A stretch of DNA of 50,528 nucleotides, taken from positions 1 to 50,528 of the forward strand of contig NIVC01004324.1 in assembly GCA_002269645.1 (NCBI GenBank), in the 5' to 3' direction. This DNA is from Macrostomum lignano. Its lineage: Eukaryota. Of the stretch, positions 22,272 to 34,800 are shown in pieces. The position numbers and the translations under genes are program-made. Numbering within the stretch: position 1 is the stretch's first letter; the number at the start of each line of letters is the position of its first letter. The notes below the pieces were generated by a model. The model worked only from the letters and a program-made list of their open reading frames with translations, was not told the origin of the DNA and ran no database searches.

Positions 22272-24784
22272 ATCTTCCATAGTGCCACTCCACTTCTACT
22301 GATTCTTTTCAAATTTGACAGACAATCTTCAACTAATTTGACATAATCATGTAAAATGTAGAGTCTCAAAGTTAATCCTGAACAGCACTGTGCACTTCTA
22401 AAATTAATCTATTTTTGTCAGCAAGATAGCCATCCCAACTTCCACCTGTCTACTTCTCTTTCCTTATTAAGGTCCAGATATATATAAAAGGGGTTTCAAA
22501 ATTGACTAACTTTCAGCTGCCTAAATTTTTCTCCCCATAAAGCAATTGACTTTAAACTTGACACATTTTTTCATTGACTTATTCTCTGTCTAAATGTAAA
22601 GTCTCAACTTTGTAACTCAATCAAAAAAGAAATGGCAAGCATGTGAAGTTTGTCTGCTTTTCTGTTGTTTGTGCCATTCACTCATTCATTCCCCTAGAGC
22701 CAGACCAAGGGTCAGGTGATAGGCTGAATGTTTATAGCAAATATACAGTGGTTTGGAATAGCATTTTTATAACCTCTCGCTCTCTGCACCCCTGTGGAGA
22801 GGCTACCTTTAGCCATAACAGTTTAGTAAGACTCAAAGCACTTTCCTCTGTATAGGCAAACTTTGTCAGCAGTTTAACAGTGGATGGCAATTGGCAAATC
22901 AAAGGAATCCAGCATGGTTTATAAAAGCGAAAGATTTATGAAAAGGCGTTGCAATCCAATACAACCCTACTAAATTAGTCACACTATGGAAATTTTAAGT
23001 TTCTGTTAAAAGTACTTTAAAATTCAAATGGCCTCCTAAGAAATGCATATTTTCTTGGTTGTTAGACTGATGCAGACTGCAGTAGAGCTGAAGATACACA
23101 ATTTCCTTTCAGGGCTGCAAATTGGCAAGAAAGATGACATGATCAAAGCATGAGAGCAACCATGAGATTAATACGTCCCACAAACTGGCTTTCCAAGCAG
23201 GGATGGGCAGAATTTTAACTTAAAGGCCAGATAAAGAATCCAGCTCATGGCTGAGGGGCAGATGAGAGTGGAGAGAAGAAGAAATGGACGATCCGAAAAG
23301 AGAGAAGAGGCGAGAGAGGGGATAAGAGAAAAGATAGAAGATAATAGGAGGGATGAGGGGTTGAGGACAATGAGAGAGAGAGAGGGGAGAAGAGGGGAAA
23401 AGAGAAGCGACATGAGAGCGATAAGAGGAGCGAGTAGAGAGGAGAGAGAAGGGAGTAGAGATGAGAGAGCAAAGAGCTGCAGATAAGAGGAGACAGGAGA
23501 GAGGAGAGCAGAGAGTAGAGAGGTAAGAGGTGAAAGGAGAGATAAGAGATTAAAGGGAAGAGAGAAGAGATAAGGTTGTAGAGATGAGAGAGGTGTAAGG
23601 AGAGATGAGAAATGAGAGATAAAGGAGGAGAGACAAGAGAGGAAGAGAGTATAGAAGAAGGAAGAGAAGAGAGAGAAGAAAGGAGAGAAAGGAAAGTGAG
23701 GAGTCAAAAGAGGGAAAAGAAAAGAGTACAGAGGAGAGAGGTGAGAGAAAATATGATACAGTAAAGATGACAAATGAAAGAGGAAGGGTAAGAGAGCAGA
23801 GACGAGAGTGAACAGACGAGAGATGGGAGAGTAGAGAGAACAGAGGAGAGATTACAAGAGGAGAGAGGAGAGACAAAGGGAGAGAGAAGTGAGTGAGGAG
23901 AGAGGAGAGGAAAGAGGAGAATGGAGAGGGGAAAGAGTAGAGGAGAAGAGAGATGGAAGAGGAGAGATAAGAGAGAAAGGAAGAGAGGGAGAGAGAGAGA
24001 GGAGAGCAGAGAAGAATGAGAAGAGATGAGAGAGCAAAGACGAGAGAGTAGAGAGGTGAGGGAAGAGACGAGAGAAGAGGGAGAGAGGAAAGAGGAAAGA
24101 AGAGGAGAGAGAGAGAGAGAGGAAAGAGTAGAAAAGAGAGATAAGAAAGTAGAGAGAAGAGAGGAGAGAAGAGGGAAGTGTTAAGAGAGGGGAGAGTGAG
24201 GAATGAGAAGAGTGGAGAGAGAAGAGAGAGTAGAGAGCAGTGAAAAATGAGAAAAGATAAAAGTGGAGAAATGAGAGATGAGAGAGCAGACGAGAGAGAA
24301 GAGAGGAGAGAGGAAAGAATAGAGAGGAGAAGGAAGAGACGAGAGAAGAGGGGGAGATAGGAGAGAGAAAAGAGTAGAGAGAGAAGAGAGAGAATATGTG
24401 AGATAAGTGAGATGAAAGAGAAGAGATGAGAGGAGAGAGAGAAGAGAGGAGGGACGAGAGAGAAAAGAGGAAACAGAAGAGAAGATAGATGTTTCAAAGG
24501 ATCCAAGGGAGGTAGGGTGAGGCAGAGGCCAGAGTTTGCCAATACATGTTTTAGAGTCAGGCAGACATTGCTTGACATTCTGCGCAGCACGCCAGCCAAC
24601 AAGATCAATGTTTGCCTCAAATTCTAATTTTACATGAATGTGCTCCATTTTATGTTTACCTTCTATCCTACTAACTATTAACAAATTTTTGTTTGAGTAT
24701 GACTTTAGATTTTAGAATACATGCAAAAATAGTTCCGGGGATTGGAATTCCCCGGGTTAAAAATCCGCGGGTTTCAACAGCTTG
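22272..24784 (+). mobile_element. Non-autonomous Helitron-like element (copy 2, 5'-truncated, diverged)
   Basis: Collinear with 240-2657, including the GA-rich interior (~23260-24490) and the same 3' hairpin + CAGCTTG|T end. Confidence 0.7.
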
Positions 24785-25078
24785 TCTATGTTATATATAA
24801 TGCTTTATCACTTTAATCTAATATAGCAAAAATAGCCCGCAAATTGTAGCAAGATCAGCAAAGTCAATGTAAGATTAATATAATATATAAAGGCTATAAA
24901 TGCTATTAATATTGCTTTTTCTATAGCCAATGTCTCATTTTTTTCTCTATTAGTATAAAATATTTTAAATATTAAATCTGAGGCTATATGTAACTATTAT
25001 GTATATAGGGCTATATGTAACCTGTTTTTAATTTTAGGCAACATTAGATTGCCATGTAGCTGGCAAGAGACATTATTA

Positions 25079-25827
25079 CTAAAGACCCAAGGGGGCAGAT
25101 TCTGGAGGGTAAAGACCCAAGGGGGCAGATTCTGGAGGGTAAAGACCCAAGGGGGCGGATTCTGGAGGGTAAAGACCCAAGGGGGCAGATTCTGGAGGGT
25201 AAAGACCCAAGGGGGCAGATTCTGGAGGGTAAAGACCCAAGGGGGCAGATTCTGGAGGGTAAAGACCCAAGGGGGCAGATTCTGGAGGGTAAAGACCCAA
25301 GGGGGCGGATTCTGGAGGTCAAGGACCCAAGGGGGGGCGGATTTTGGAGGGTAAGGACCCAAGGGGGGCGGATTCTGGAGGGTAAGGACCCAAGGGGGGG
25401 GGCGGATTCTGGAGGGTAAGGACCCAAGGGGGGGGCGGATTCTGGAGGGTAAGGACCCAAGGGGGGGCGGATTCTGGAGGGTAAGGACCCAAGGGGGGGC
25501 GGATTCTGGAGGGTAAGGACCCAAGGAGGCGGATTTTGGAGGGTAAGGACCCAAGGGGGCGGATTCTGGAGGGTAAGGACCCAAGGGGGGCGGATTCTGG
25601 AGGGTAAGGACCCAAGGGGGCGGATTCTGGAGGGTAAGGACACAAGGGGCAGATTCTGGAGGGTAAGGACCCAAGGAGGCGGATTCTGGAGGGTAAAGAC
25701 CCAAGGGGGCGGAGGGGGTGCGGCTCTGTATTTTATCGAAAATTGGCTTGGCCCCCCCTTTGATTTTTTTCTGGTCTCCACCTAAGGGGGTGAGGCAACC
25801 GCCCCGCCCCTCCTGGTTGCACCACTG
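25079..25827. mobile_element. MITE remnant whose interior is expanded into a ~30-bp G-rich minisatellite (GGGGGCGGATTCTGGAGGGTAAGGACCCAA)n, 25079-25710
   Basis: Right end CTGGTTGCACCACTG. A single-unit homologue beginning TAGTGCAACCAG lies at ~18753-18860. Confidence 0.65.
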
Positions 25828-25829
25828 TG

Positions 25830-26018
25830 TTTAGCAGCAGCCCTAACTATTAAGCATGTACACTTCACTGTTCCTTGGGGGCTAGGAAACAAAGGAATTA
25901 ACTGCACAACTATAACCAAGCTGAGATTCTAATTTAGCCTCAGATTAATGTGACTGCACATGGAATTGAGCCTTGCCCATAGGAACATAAGAGTGCTAGA
26001 CCATTAGGCTGCATCCCC
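25830..26018 (-). mobile_element. tRNA-derived SINE (copy 3, degenerate, 3'-truncated)
   Basis: Reverse complement reads GGGGATGCAGCCTAATGGTC...GGCTCAATTCCATGTGCAGTC...CCCAAGGAACAGTGAAGTGTACATGC, homologous to copies 1 and 2. Confidence 0.65.
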
Positions 26019-26167
26019 ATGGATGTTTTTTGAGACATGTGAGGCATGCCATAGAAGTATGTAAATTATTTTTGGCATGATATAGTTGTGGTATTCTTTC
26101 TGTTAAACATAATCAGTATACACGCAATGAAAATCGCTCCGATCGCCCGGCTTCAGCCCCAGCCGCC

Positions 26168-27536
26168 ATGTCCAAGCTGAAGCCCACAAAGACCCGCAAG
26201 CTGCGCGGCCACGTGTCGCACGGCCACGGCCGGATCGGCAAGCACCGCAAGCACCCCAGCGGCCGCGGTAACGCCGGCGGCGCCCACCACCACCGCACCA
26301 ACTTTGACAAGTACCACCCCGGTTACTTCGGCAAGGTTGGCATGCGCCACTTCCATCTCAGGCGGAATCCCTACTACTGCCCGGCTGTCAACACTGACAA
26401 GCTCTGGTCTCTGGTCTCTCAGCAGACCTACGACAAGTATAAGGATGGAAACAAGGAGGGCAAAGTGCCCGTTATTGACTGCTTGCAGGCGGTAAGTCGA
26501 GTTTGAGGTTTCTAAATTGTGATTAAATTTTTTACTGGGTGTAGATGGTGCTGGATTTGAGGTGTCATCAGGTGTGCTAAATAGGTGTCAAGTGTGCTAA
26601 ATATCAGATGTCAGGTGTGCTAAATATCAGGTGTCAGGTGTGCTAAATATCAGGTGTCAGGTGTGCTAAATATCAGATGTCAGGTGTGCTAAATATCAGA
26701 TATTAGGTGTGCTAAATATCAGGTGTCAGGTGTGCTAAATAGGTGTCAAGTGTGCTAAATATCAGATGTCAGGTGTGCTAAATAGGTGTCAAGTGTGCTA
26801 AATATCAGGTGTCAGGTGTGCTAAATAGGTGTCAAGTGTGCTAAATGTCAGGTGTCAGGTGTGCTAAATAGGTGTAAAGTGTGCTAAATATCAGGTGTCA
26901 GGTGTGCTAAATATCAGGTGTCAGTTGTGCTAAATATCAGACGTCAGTTGTGCTAAATATCAGACGTCAGTTGTGATAAATATCAGATGTCAGGTGTGCT
27001 AAATATCAGGTGTCAGGTGTGCTAAATATCAGATATCAGGTGTCACGTGTGCTAAATATCAGGTGTCAGGTGTGCTAAATATCAGATATCAGGTGTCACG
27101 TGTGCTAAATATCAGGTGTCAGGTGTGCTAAATATCAGGTGTCAGGTGTGCTAAATATCAGATGTCAGGTGTGCTAAATATCAGGTGTCAGGTGTGCTAA
27201 ATATCAGGTGTCAGGTGTGCTAAATATCAGTTTGACAGGTGGTAAGCACGGGGTGTCAGACTGTCAGGTGGTAAACACGGGTTGTCAGACTGTCAGGTGG
27301 TAAACATGGGGTGTCAGACTGTCAGGTGGTAAACACGGGGTGTCAGACTGTCAGGTGGTAAACACGGGGTGTTATTAAACCCGCTCCAACCGTCATCGCG
27401 CTCGCAGGGCTTCTTCAAGGTGCTGGGCAAGGGCAACATGCCGAAGGTGCCGGTGATCGTGAAGGCGAAATTCTTCAGCAAGAAGGCCGAGGAGAAGATC
27501 AAGTCAGTTGGCGGCTCCTGCGTGCTGGTGGCCTGA
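26168..27536 (+). CDS. RPL27A: 60S ribosomal protein L27a (uL15); exons 26168-26491, 27408-27536; 150 aa
   Basis: [53 protein letters not shown]...[51 protein letters not shown]; phase-0 GT-AG intron. Confidence 0.98.
26570..27372. repeat. Two adjacent intronic minisatellites: 23-bp (GTGCTAAATATCAGGTGTCAGGT)n at 26570-27230 and 29-bp (GGTAAACACGGGGTGTCAGACTGTCAGGT)n at 27235-27372
   Basis: Direct inspection. Confidence 0.95.
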
Positions 27537-27596
27537 GCAGCCGCGGTGCTGAATAACCGATTTGAGTGAAGGCGGTGGCTCTGTTTGCTGATTTCG

Positions 27597-27602
27597 AATA
27601 AA
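27597..27602 (+). terminator. AATAAA polyadenylation signal of RPL27A
   Basis: Canonical hexamer ~60 nt after the stop, consistent with the short 3'UTRs of ribosomal protein mRNAs. Confidence 0.7.
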
Positions 27603-27784
27603 TTTGCTTGATGCCTGAGAAATGAAATATACTCGAAGTTTGTAAGCGAAGGCTGCAGTTTTTCTGATTGCCGGTGGCCTTGCAGCTGGCCAGAGTTTTG
27701 GAAGCAAAAATATTTGCAGCTGTTGCCTTCATGTTGCGCCTTTAATAAAAATTACCATCTCGGTGCCATTGGAAATAACACGGA

Positions 27785-28090
27785 GTGCCCATTGTACACA
27801 ATGTGGAGTGGCATTATGCACGATATAGAGTTCCATTAGACAATGTGGAGTGCCATTAGACACGATATAGAGTTCCATTAGACAATGTGGAGTGCCATTA
27901 TACACGATATAGAGTTCCATTAGACAATGTGGAGTGGCATTATGCACGATATAGACTTCCATTAGACAATGTGGAGTGCCATTAGACACGATATAGAGTT
28001 CCATTAGACAATGTGGAGTGCCATTATACACGATATAGAGTTCCATTAGACAATGTGGAGTGGCATTATGCACGATATAGAGTTCCATTA
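27785..28090. repeat. 42-bp minisatellite (GAGTGCCATTAGACACGATATAGAGTTCCATTAGACAATGTG)n
   Basis: About 7 units, intergenic. Confidence 0.95.
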
Positions 28091-28815
28091 GGCACAGTTA
28101 TGATTATGAATGCTAAGGTACGAGCTACCATATACAGAAGTGTCATTAAACACAGGAGTGCCATACACAGTACATGCAATAGCTCGTAGTGCGGCAAAAT
28201 GAGGATGCAGGCTTCTAAGGCTACAGCAGTTGGCAAAACGCATTCGATTAGACATCTTGGTTTCAAACTATGATTTTCCTGACAGCATGATGGACACCCT
28301 GGTGAGATGAAATTTCAATGCTAGGCCGTCTTCCAAACCATGCAGGAGTGATAGGTTAGAGTTGGGCTGTGAGCCACGGATGCGGAACGCAGGCTGACAT
28401 TCTCGTATCATTTTGGAAACTCTTGGCAGAAATGTTTCTGCATCCAAACAGCAGGCAGGTTGCCGTGCAGTCAGGTGCTTTTCTGCACTCGCTCTCTCCG
28501 CCCTGATCGCTTGTTGCTATGCTGATTTGAATTAACCTGCGCGTCGTTTTGGAAGCTTTTCAAGTTTTCTTCCCCTCCAACTCAACTACAACTAGCTAAC
28601 TTCTAAGGGGACTCTGGGGAGCTGGGCTTGTCGGGCTGTTGTGGCTGTTGTCAAGACAAACGATCCCTAGGCAGAAGGCAATAAGATGGAACGCCAGCTG
28701 GCCTGCGGGCTGAGCGGAGCGCGCCGACTGCAGAGAGGAGATAAACGCGTTTTAAAATTTTCTGCGCAGCGATAAAGCAACTGAAACAGTGCGGGACCAG
28801 TCCGCAACTCGGGCC

Positions 28816-31800
28816 ATGCCATCCAGCAGCAACAGCCCCGGATCAGCTCGGCTGGCCTTCCTGGCCTGCTGCCTTGCCGCGCTTCTGTTGCCAGCCGTGC
28901 TCGGTAAGCGGCTTTTGAGTTTGAGGCAAGGGGGCGACACCGGTTGTGGGGGCTTGCATCAAGGACGCAACTCGTAGTTGAAGGCTGATTATTACGAATA
29001 GAATCGATTGCATTTAGGTTAGTTTTTTCGTCAGATCGTTCGGATTTTTATCCCCTACCAAGTAAGTCATTTAGTTGAGTTTCCCACTAGATGTAGGAGG
29101 TGGTTTAAGGTATCTTCCACAACCTCCAAGATGGTCGATTTTACATGTAGAGACCATGGAATTTTTGTATTTTAGGTTGTCGATTTCAATATTGAAAAGC
29201 CCGATGCTTGACAGCTTTGAAATGCGCAAATTTTTCAATGCTTACTTCAAATAAAGTTCTCTCGGCGGAGAGTCCGAGAAGAGTCAAGGCTCTTCACAAA
29301 CCCATTTCCAAAGGCGAATCCCAATCAGGTTAATCTCAATCACTTGCAGCGAGTCCCAATCACCTGCAGCGAGTCCCAATCACCTGCAGCGAGTCCCAAT
29401 CACCTGCAGCGAGTCCCAATCACCTGCAGCGAGTCCCAATCACCTGCAAGAGAGTCCCAATCACCTGCAGCGAGTCCCAATCACCTGCAAGAGAGTCCCA
29501 ATCACCTGCAGCGAGTCCCAATCACATGCAGCGAGTCCCAATCACCTGCAGCGAGTCCCAATCACCTGCAAGAGAGTCCCAATCACCTGCAGCGAGTCCC
29601 AATCACCTGCAGCGAGTCCCAATCACCTGCAGCGAGTCCCAATCACCTGCAAGAGAGTCCCAATCACCTGCAGCGAGTCCCAATCACCTGCAAGAGAGTC
29701 CCAATCACCTGCAGCGAGTCCCAATCACATGCAGCGAGTCCCAATCACCTGCAGCGAGTCCCAATCACCTGCAAGAGAGTCCCAATCACCTGCAGCGAGT
29801 CCCAATCACATGCAGCGAGTCCCAATCACCTGCAGCGAGTCCCAATCACCTGCAGTGAGTCCCAATCACCTGCAAGCGAGTCCCAATCACATGCAGCGAG
29901 TCCCAATCACCTGCAAGCGAGTCCCAATCACCTGCAGCGAGTCCCAATTACCTGCAAGCGAGTCCCAATCACCTGCAGAGAGTTCCAATCACCTGCAGCG
30001 AGTCCCAATCACATGCAGCGAGTCCCAATCACCTGCAGCGAGTCCCAATCACCTGCAAGAGAGTCCCAATCACCTGCAGCGAGTCCCAATCACATGCAGC
30101 GAGTCCCAATCACCTGCAGCGAGTCCCAATCACCTGCAGCGAGTCCCAATCACCTGCAAGAGAGTCCCAATCACCTGCAGCGAGTCCCAATCACCTGCAA
30201 GAGAGTCCCAATCACCTGCAGCGAGTCCCAATCACATGCAGCGAGTCCCAATCACCTGCAGCGAGTCCCAATCACCTGCAAGAGAGTCCCAATCACCTGC
30301 AGCGAGTCCCAATCACATGCAGCGAGTCCCAATCACCTGCAGCGAGTCCCAATCACCTGCAGTGAGTCCCAATCACCTGCAAGCGAGTCCCAATCACATG
30401 CAGCGAGTCCCAATCACCTGCAAGCGAGTCCCAATCACCTGCAGCGAGTCCCAATTACCTGCAAGCGAGTCCCAATCACCTGCAGAGAGTCCCAATCACC
30501 TGCAGCGAGTCCCAATCACATGCAGCGAGTCCCAATCACCTGCAGCGAGTCCCAATCACCTGCAAGAGAGTCCCAATCACCTGCAGCGAGTCCCAATCAC
30601 ATGCAGCGAGTCCCAATCACCTGCAGGCGATGATCAGCCACTCGTGACCTACGGGCCGCACCAGGTCAGCGCAGTGGGCGCCTCGTACGCCGAGTTTCCA
30701 CCGGTCGCCGTGAAGCTCAGCTGGTCGACGGACGGCGAGCCCAGCCTGGCCAACCAGTCCTGCAACAACGGCTTCGCCGCTTCCGACTACCTGCTGTTCG
30801 AGTTCGACCTCGCCAACCTCATCTGGGGCTACGTGATCGGCCAGGACTCGCCGGAAATCTACGTGAAGACGTTTCACCTGGCCTACGGCAGCTTGCTGGA
30901 GTCGCTGCAGACCTACGGGGCCAGCGCACCGGCTCTGCTGCCGGGCATCAACAGCAGCGACATGATCAACCAGACCTACTCGCTGCCACACGGCAGCATC
31001 CAGGCCAGGGTGCTGAAGCTCACGCCGGTGGATTTCGTTGGCAACAAGTCGATCAAGATCGAGTTCATCGGTCTGCCCGCTGGTGAGGAAAATGCACTTT
31101 TGCAGTGTAAAACAGAATTGTCGTCATGAAGCGGGAAGACATGACTTTGAGTGTACAGTGAAAGTTCAGGACAGAAATGGTAAAATCCTGTCTCACTCAT
31201 GCATATGCATGAGAAGTAAAATAAGCAAATTTGCGTATATGTAATTTAGCTAAACTGCCATATCATCCAGCCAATAGTAATTTCAGATCACAGTCAAGTC
31301 TCACATTAACGCCACTTTCAGAGTGCCCGCCGATTGAGAGATACAGACTGGTTGAGCCGATCCCGGTGCAAATCAACTCAACATCCGTGGCGCTCAGCAC
31401 TGCACACTCTTTCCAGACCGTGTTCCTAATGGAACTGTACCACCTGACCAACTTGACTCTGACGGGAGCCAACTGCACGCAGCCGCAGAAGATGACCGTC
31501 ACTTTCCTCGATGGCGCCAGCAATGTTGTGCACAACAACCTGGTGAGTTGCTCTGTTCTCAATGCGAGCAATTCAAAATGATGGCAATTACTTTTTCACG
31601 CCTTATGCGCGCCATTTCAAATTGACAGATCTTAACAATCGACCCAGAGGACGAGGCCGGCACAATGTACGCCTTGAACGGTACCATCAACGCGGCGAGA
31701 TTCAGAGTCTACTTTCAAGGCAGAGACTGCGAAAATGTGACCTTCAAACTTCATGGCTGCCTGGCAGACGGTAGGTTGCACGGCCGAACTATGAAATTTC

Positions 31801-34800
31801 CTATTTGTGTAAAATCCCGTTTTTCAATAGTTACCAATCTGGTTTCCGTTACCAGCAGCAATTCCACGGGTCAAAAATTTGCGGGATCAATTTTAAACAT
31901 GGTTTGAACAAACTGTACATTGACTTGAGCAATCTTTGACATTCGGGGTCTTTTCATCTCATGTGTTTAATCTAGCAAACTTGGAAGACCGCTATCATAA
32001 CTCATTGATTCTTTCCATCTAAAAATACACAAAGTCGATAGGAACAACAGAATTTGTCTAGAACTTTGCTTGCTCTTTGCTTGGTCTCCGAAAGCATTTG
32101 ATGAAAATTTAGCTTGATAAACTTTTAAGCGTACAGGGGGTTCCGGGCATCCGGATGCAGCGGCGGGGGGCCTTCCCGCTCATTCCGCTGACCCCTGGCG
32201 ACTACGGGCAGATCCGGTGGAGCGGTGTCTGCAGCGCGGTCCTCCAAGAGTTGGATGGTCGCTCGTCCGGTAGCCCTTAGGGAGCCGATGAGCTTTCAGA
32301 GACTCTCATTTCTGAAAACGTCGGAGAGGTCCGGGTTTGTGAGCCTGTCCTGAGACATTCACAGATGAAGTGCTCCGCATTCTCAACTCGGGAGAGGCAG
32401 AATGGGCATTCTTCACTACGGATTGCTTCCTGGAGGTAGCGATGCCTGGCAAAACAGCCATGGCTAGAGAAGGACATGCGCTTGAGTCCAAGCCCTGCTG
32501 AGGGCGGGGGAAGGACAGGGGATAGCCGCGCGGGTTGCCGGCAGTCGGGGGCGTCGATCAGCCCAGCTTGCCTTGTGTAGCGCTCCTAAGATTTTCTCTC
32601 CATCGCAAGCTTCTGCCAGTCTGAGCCTGCCGATGTGCGCCACTGTGCCACTACATTTATTGCGGATTGCAGCCGAAACTACGAAAACTCGCTTCTACCA
32701 CCATGCTATAAGTAATTAATTAGTGGAAGAGCACTTGCTGGCAAAACAGAGGTATTAAATGGATACTTCATAGGAAATATAACCACTTCATTTCGTGTTG
32801 TCCTGCTTTTTTTAAAAAAAAGCCTCCGATTTAACTCACATCTGTACTTCAGCAGAGCGAGGTTTCTCTCCCAAACTGGCTAATTGATGTGGGCTACTGA
32901 CACAGTCCAATTTAAGCTTAACAGACTGGAGAGAAAAGCTTATGGAAAATTCTAGAAGTTTTCCTACTGAAACAGAGCGACATTCTGAAGTAAGCTATTC
33001 TTGCAAGCGCACGTCATCCAACCGTGGCGCTGCGTTGCCGCACGGCGCGGCAGCTCATAGCAAAGTTGTTTTGATGGATGCACAGCACCGTCTCTTAGGC
33101 ACTGGGAAGCTGGAGCTGGCAGTCGCTGACAGTCACACGCCTTATGGCAATTAGTGGCCTGCTTGCCTGTGCTGCAGAAGCACTGACTTGGTCTGAATGA
33201 AAGGCCCTGCCTAGAGGAGAGGAGGGCCCATCTTCCAGCTCAATTGTCTTCTTTCGCTTCACGCATCATTGCGCTCCCAACCCCTCTTCCTTTTCTTTCA
33301 TTATTTCTCACATTTCGTGAGTGGTCCCCCCCCCAGAAGTCCCACCGTTCTGAACCGATCGACGAGGGGGCCGGAGGCGAGGGGACGATTCCAAGACTCT
33401 TCTCAAGCCTGAGGCTAAGAAGCGACAATGCAACAGAAAAATTTGGTGGAAAAATGTAAAGGGAGCTGCAAAGCTACTCAAAAACCTTGAACTGATGCAG
33501 TCAGCGTTAGCTGAGAGGACAGTTTTCAGCGGCTATGGGTTCTCCAGAATCTTCGATGAAAGTCAAGGCAAAATCCAGCGCATTCTGCCTCTGGCCTGTC
33601 TGCCTTGTTCTTTCTCAAAGCTGCCGGCTGCTTAAAATTATGTGCTGGTCCCAACCACCCCACAGAGTGCCCCGCCTCGTCCTTCTACTTCAACGGCCAG
33701 TGCTACTTCGCCGCCAAGCAGCCGCCGCAGCACCGCGTCCTGGGCCAGCAGCTTTGCGCCGGAATCCGCTGGATGGACAGAGGCCGCCTATTCCTGCCGC
33801 GCTCCTTCGAGGACAACATCATCGTCTCCATGGCGGCCTTGCAGTTCGCTGGGTCCCTGACCAGCGAGTTCATGGTCCACCTGGGCCTGGTCAGGGACGG
33901 CAGCGGCTGGGCGATCGAGGGCAGCCCCTCCGCGAAAATAAAGTGGAGCTTCTGGGAGCCGTTCCAGAGCCAGCCGGAGCACACCTTGGCGCTGGCCAAC
34001 CTGAGCCGCATGAGCTGGTGGGGCTCCACCAACTCGACCATTTCCGCCCACGTCATTTGCGAGGTCACTGCCGGTGAGGCCTGAAACACGCGATACGCGT
34101 TATTAGTGCATCTCGGAATCTCTCAGATCACCGAGAACGTCTTCTACTGGTAATTTTCACGAGCTAAAACACCCGCCACTCTACTTTTCTCAGCCCGAAG
34201 GTGGAACCGCAGCTGCGATGAGCCGTACTTCCTGCCCACACTGGACCGCTACTACCCCACTAGCTCGCACGAGGTGGCCGGCTCCACGCCAGAGAACGTC
34301 TCCTTGTTCGAAGCGGTGAAGAGGTGCCTTGACGGCTCTTTCGTGGCCGACTGCAACTATGTCCGGCAGAGCGGGCAGCAGTTCGTCCTGACCAAGAAGC
34401 CCGAGAGAGACTTCCATGCCTTCAGCAACGAGGTTCTGAACAGCTCCGTTGGAGTTCTTGTCTTCTGCCGGCGTGAGACCCGCACTTTACCGATATTATT
34501 TTATTATATTATTTTATAAGCCATCTTGGCTCAGAGGGTTGGGGATCCAGAATGGATTGAAAAGTAAATTCAACTCAAGTTTTTAGTCACGCGATTTGCC
34601 ATCATACAAGAATGCTCTCGTAGGTCACCTTTGGGTCGTTCATATCACGGTAGATAATTGCTTTACATTTTAAACCTAAGATACGAGTACAAGAGCAGCA
34701 TTGGCACGAAAGGGGACGGTAGCAACCCTAAACCTAAAAAATAAGAAAGGCAGAAAAAAATACTTTGTACTGTTAACGCACTGCCAAAGTTGCACGTCCA

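Noticed and set aside
26492-27407. snoRNA in the RPL27A intron (vertebrate RPL27A hosts H/ACA snoRNAs)
   Set aside because: The intron is almost entirely minisatellite and no hairpin-H-hairpin-ACA structure was seen.
28260-28815. X-box in the PKD1-like promoter
   Set aside because: Only half-sites (GTTGCC, GTTGCTATG); no complete GTNRCC-n-RGYAAC.
5443-30626. Regular arrays as possible CRISPR loci
   Set aside because: Head-to-tail units without unique spacers, eukaryotic context and no cas genes.
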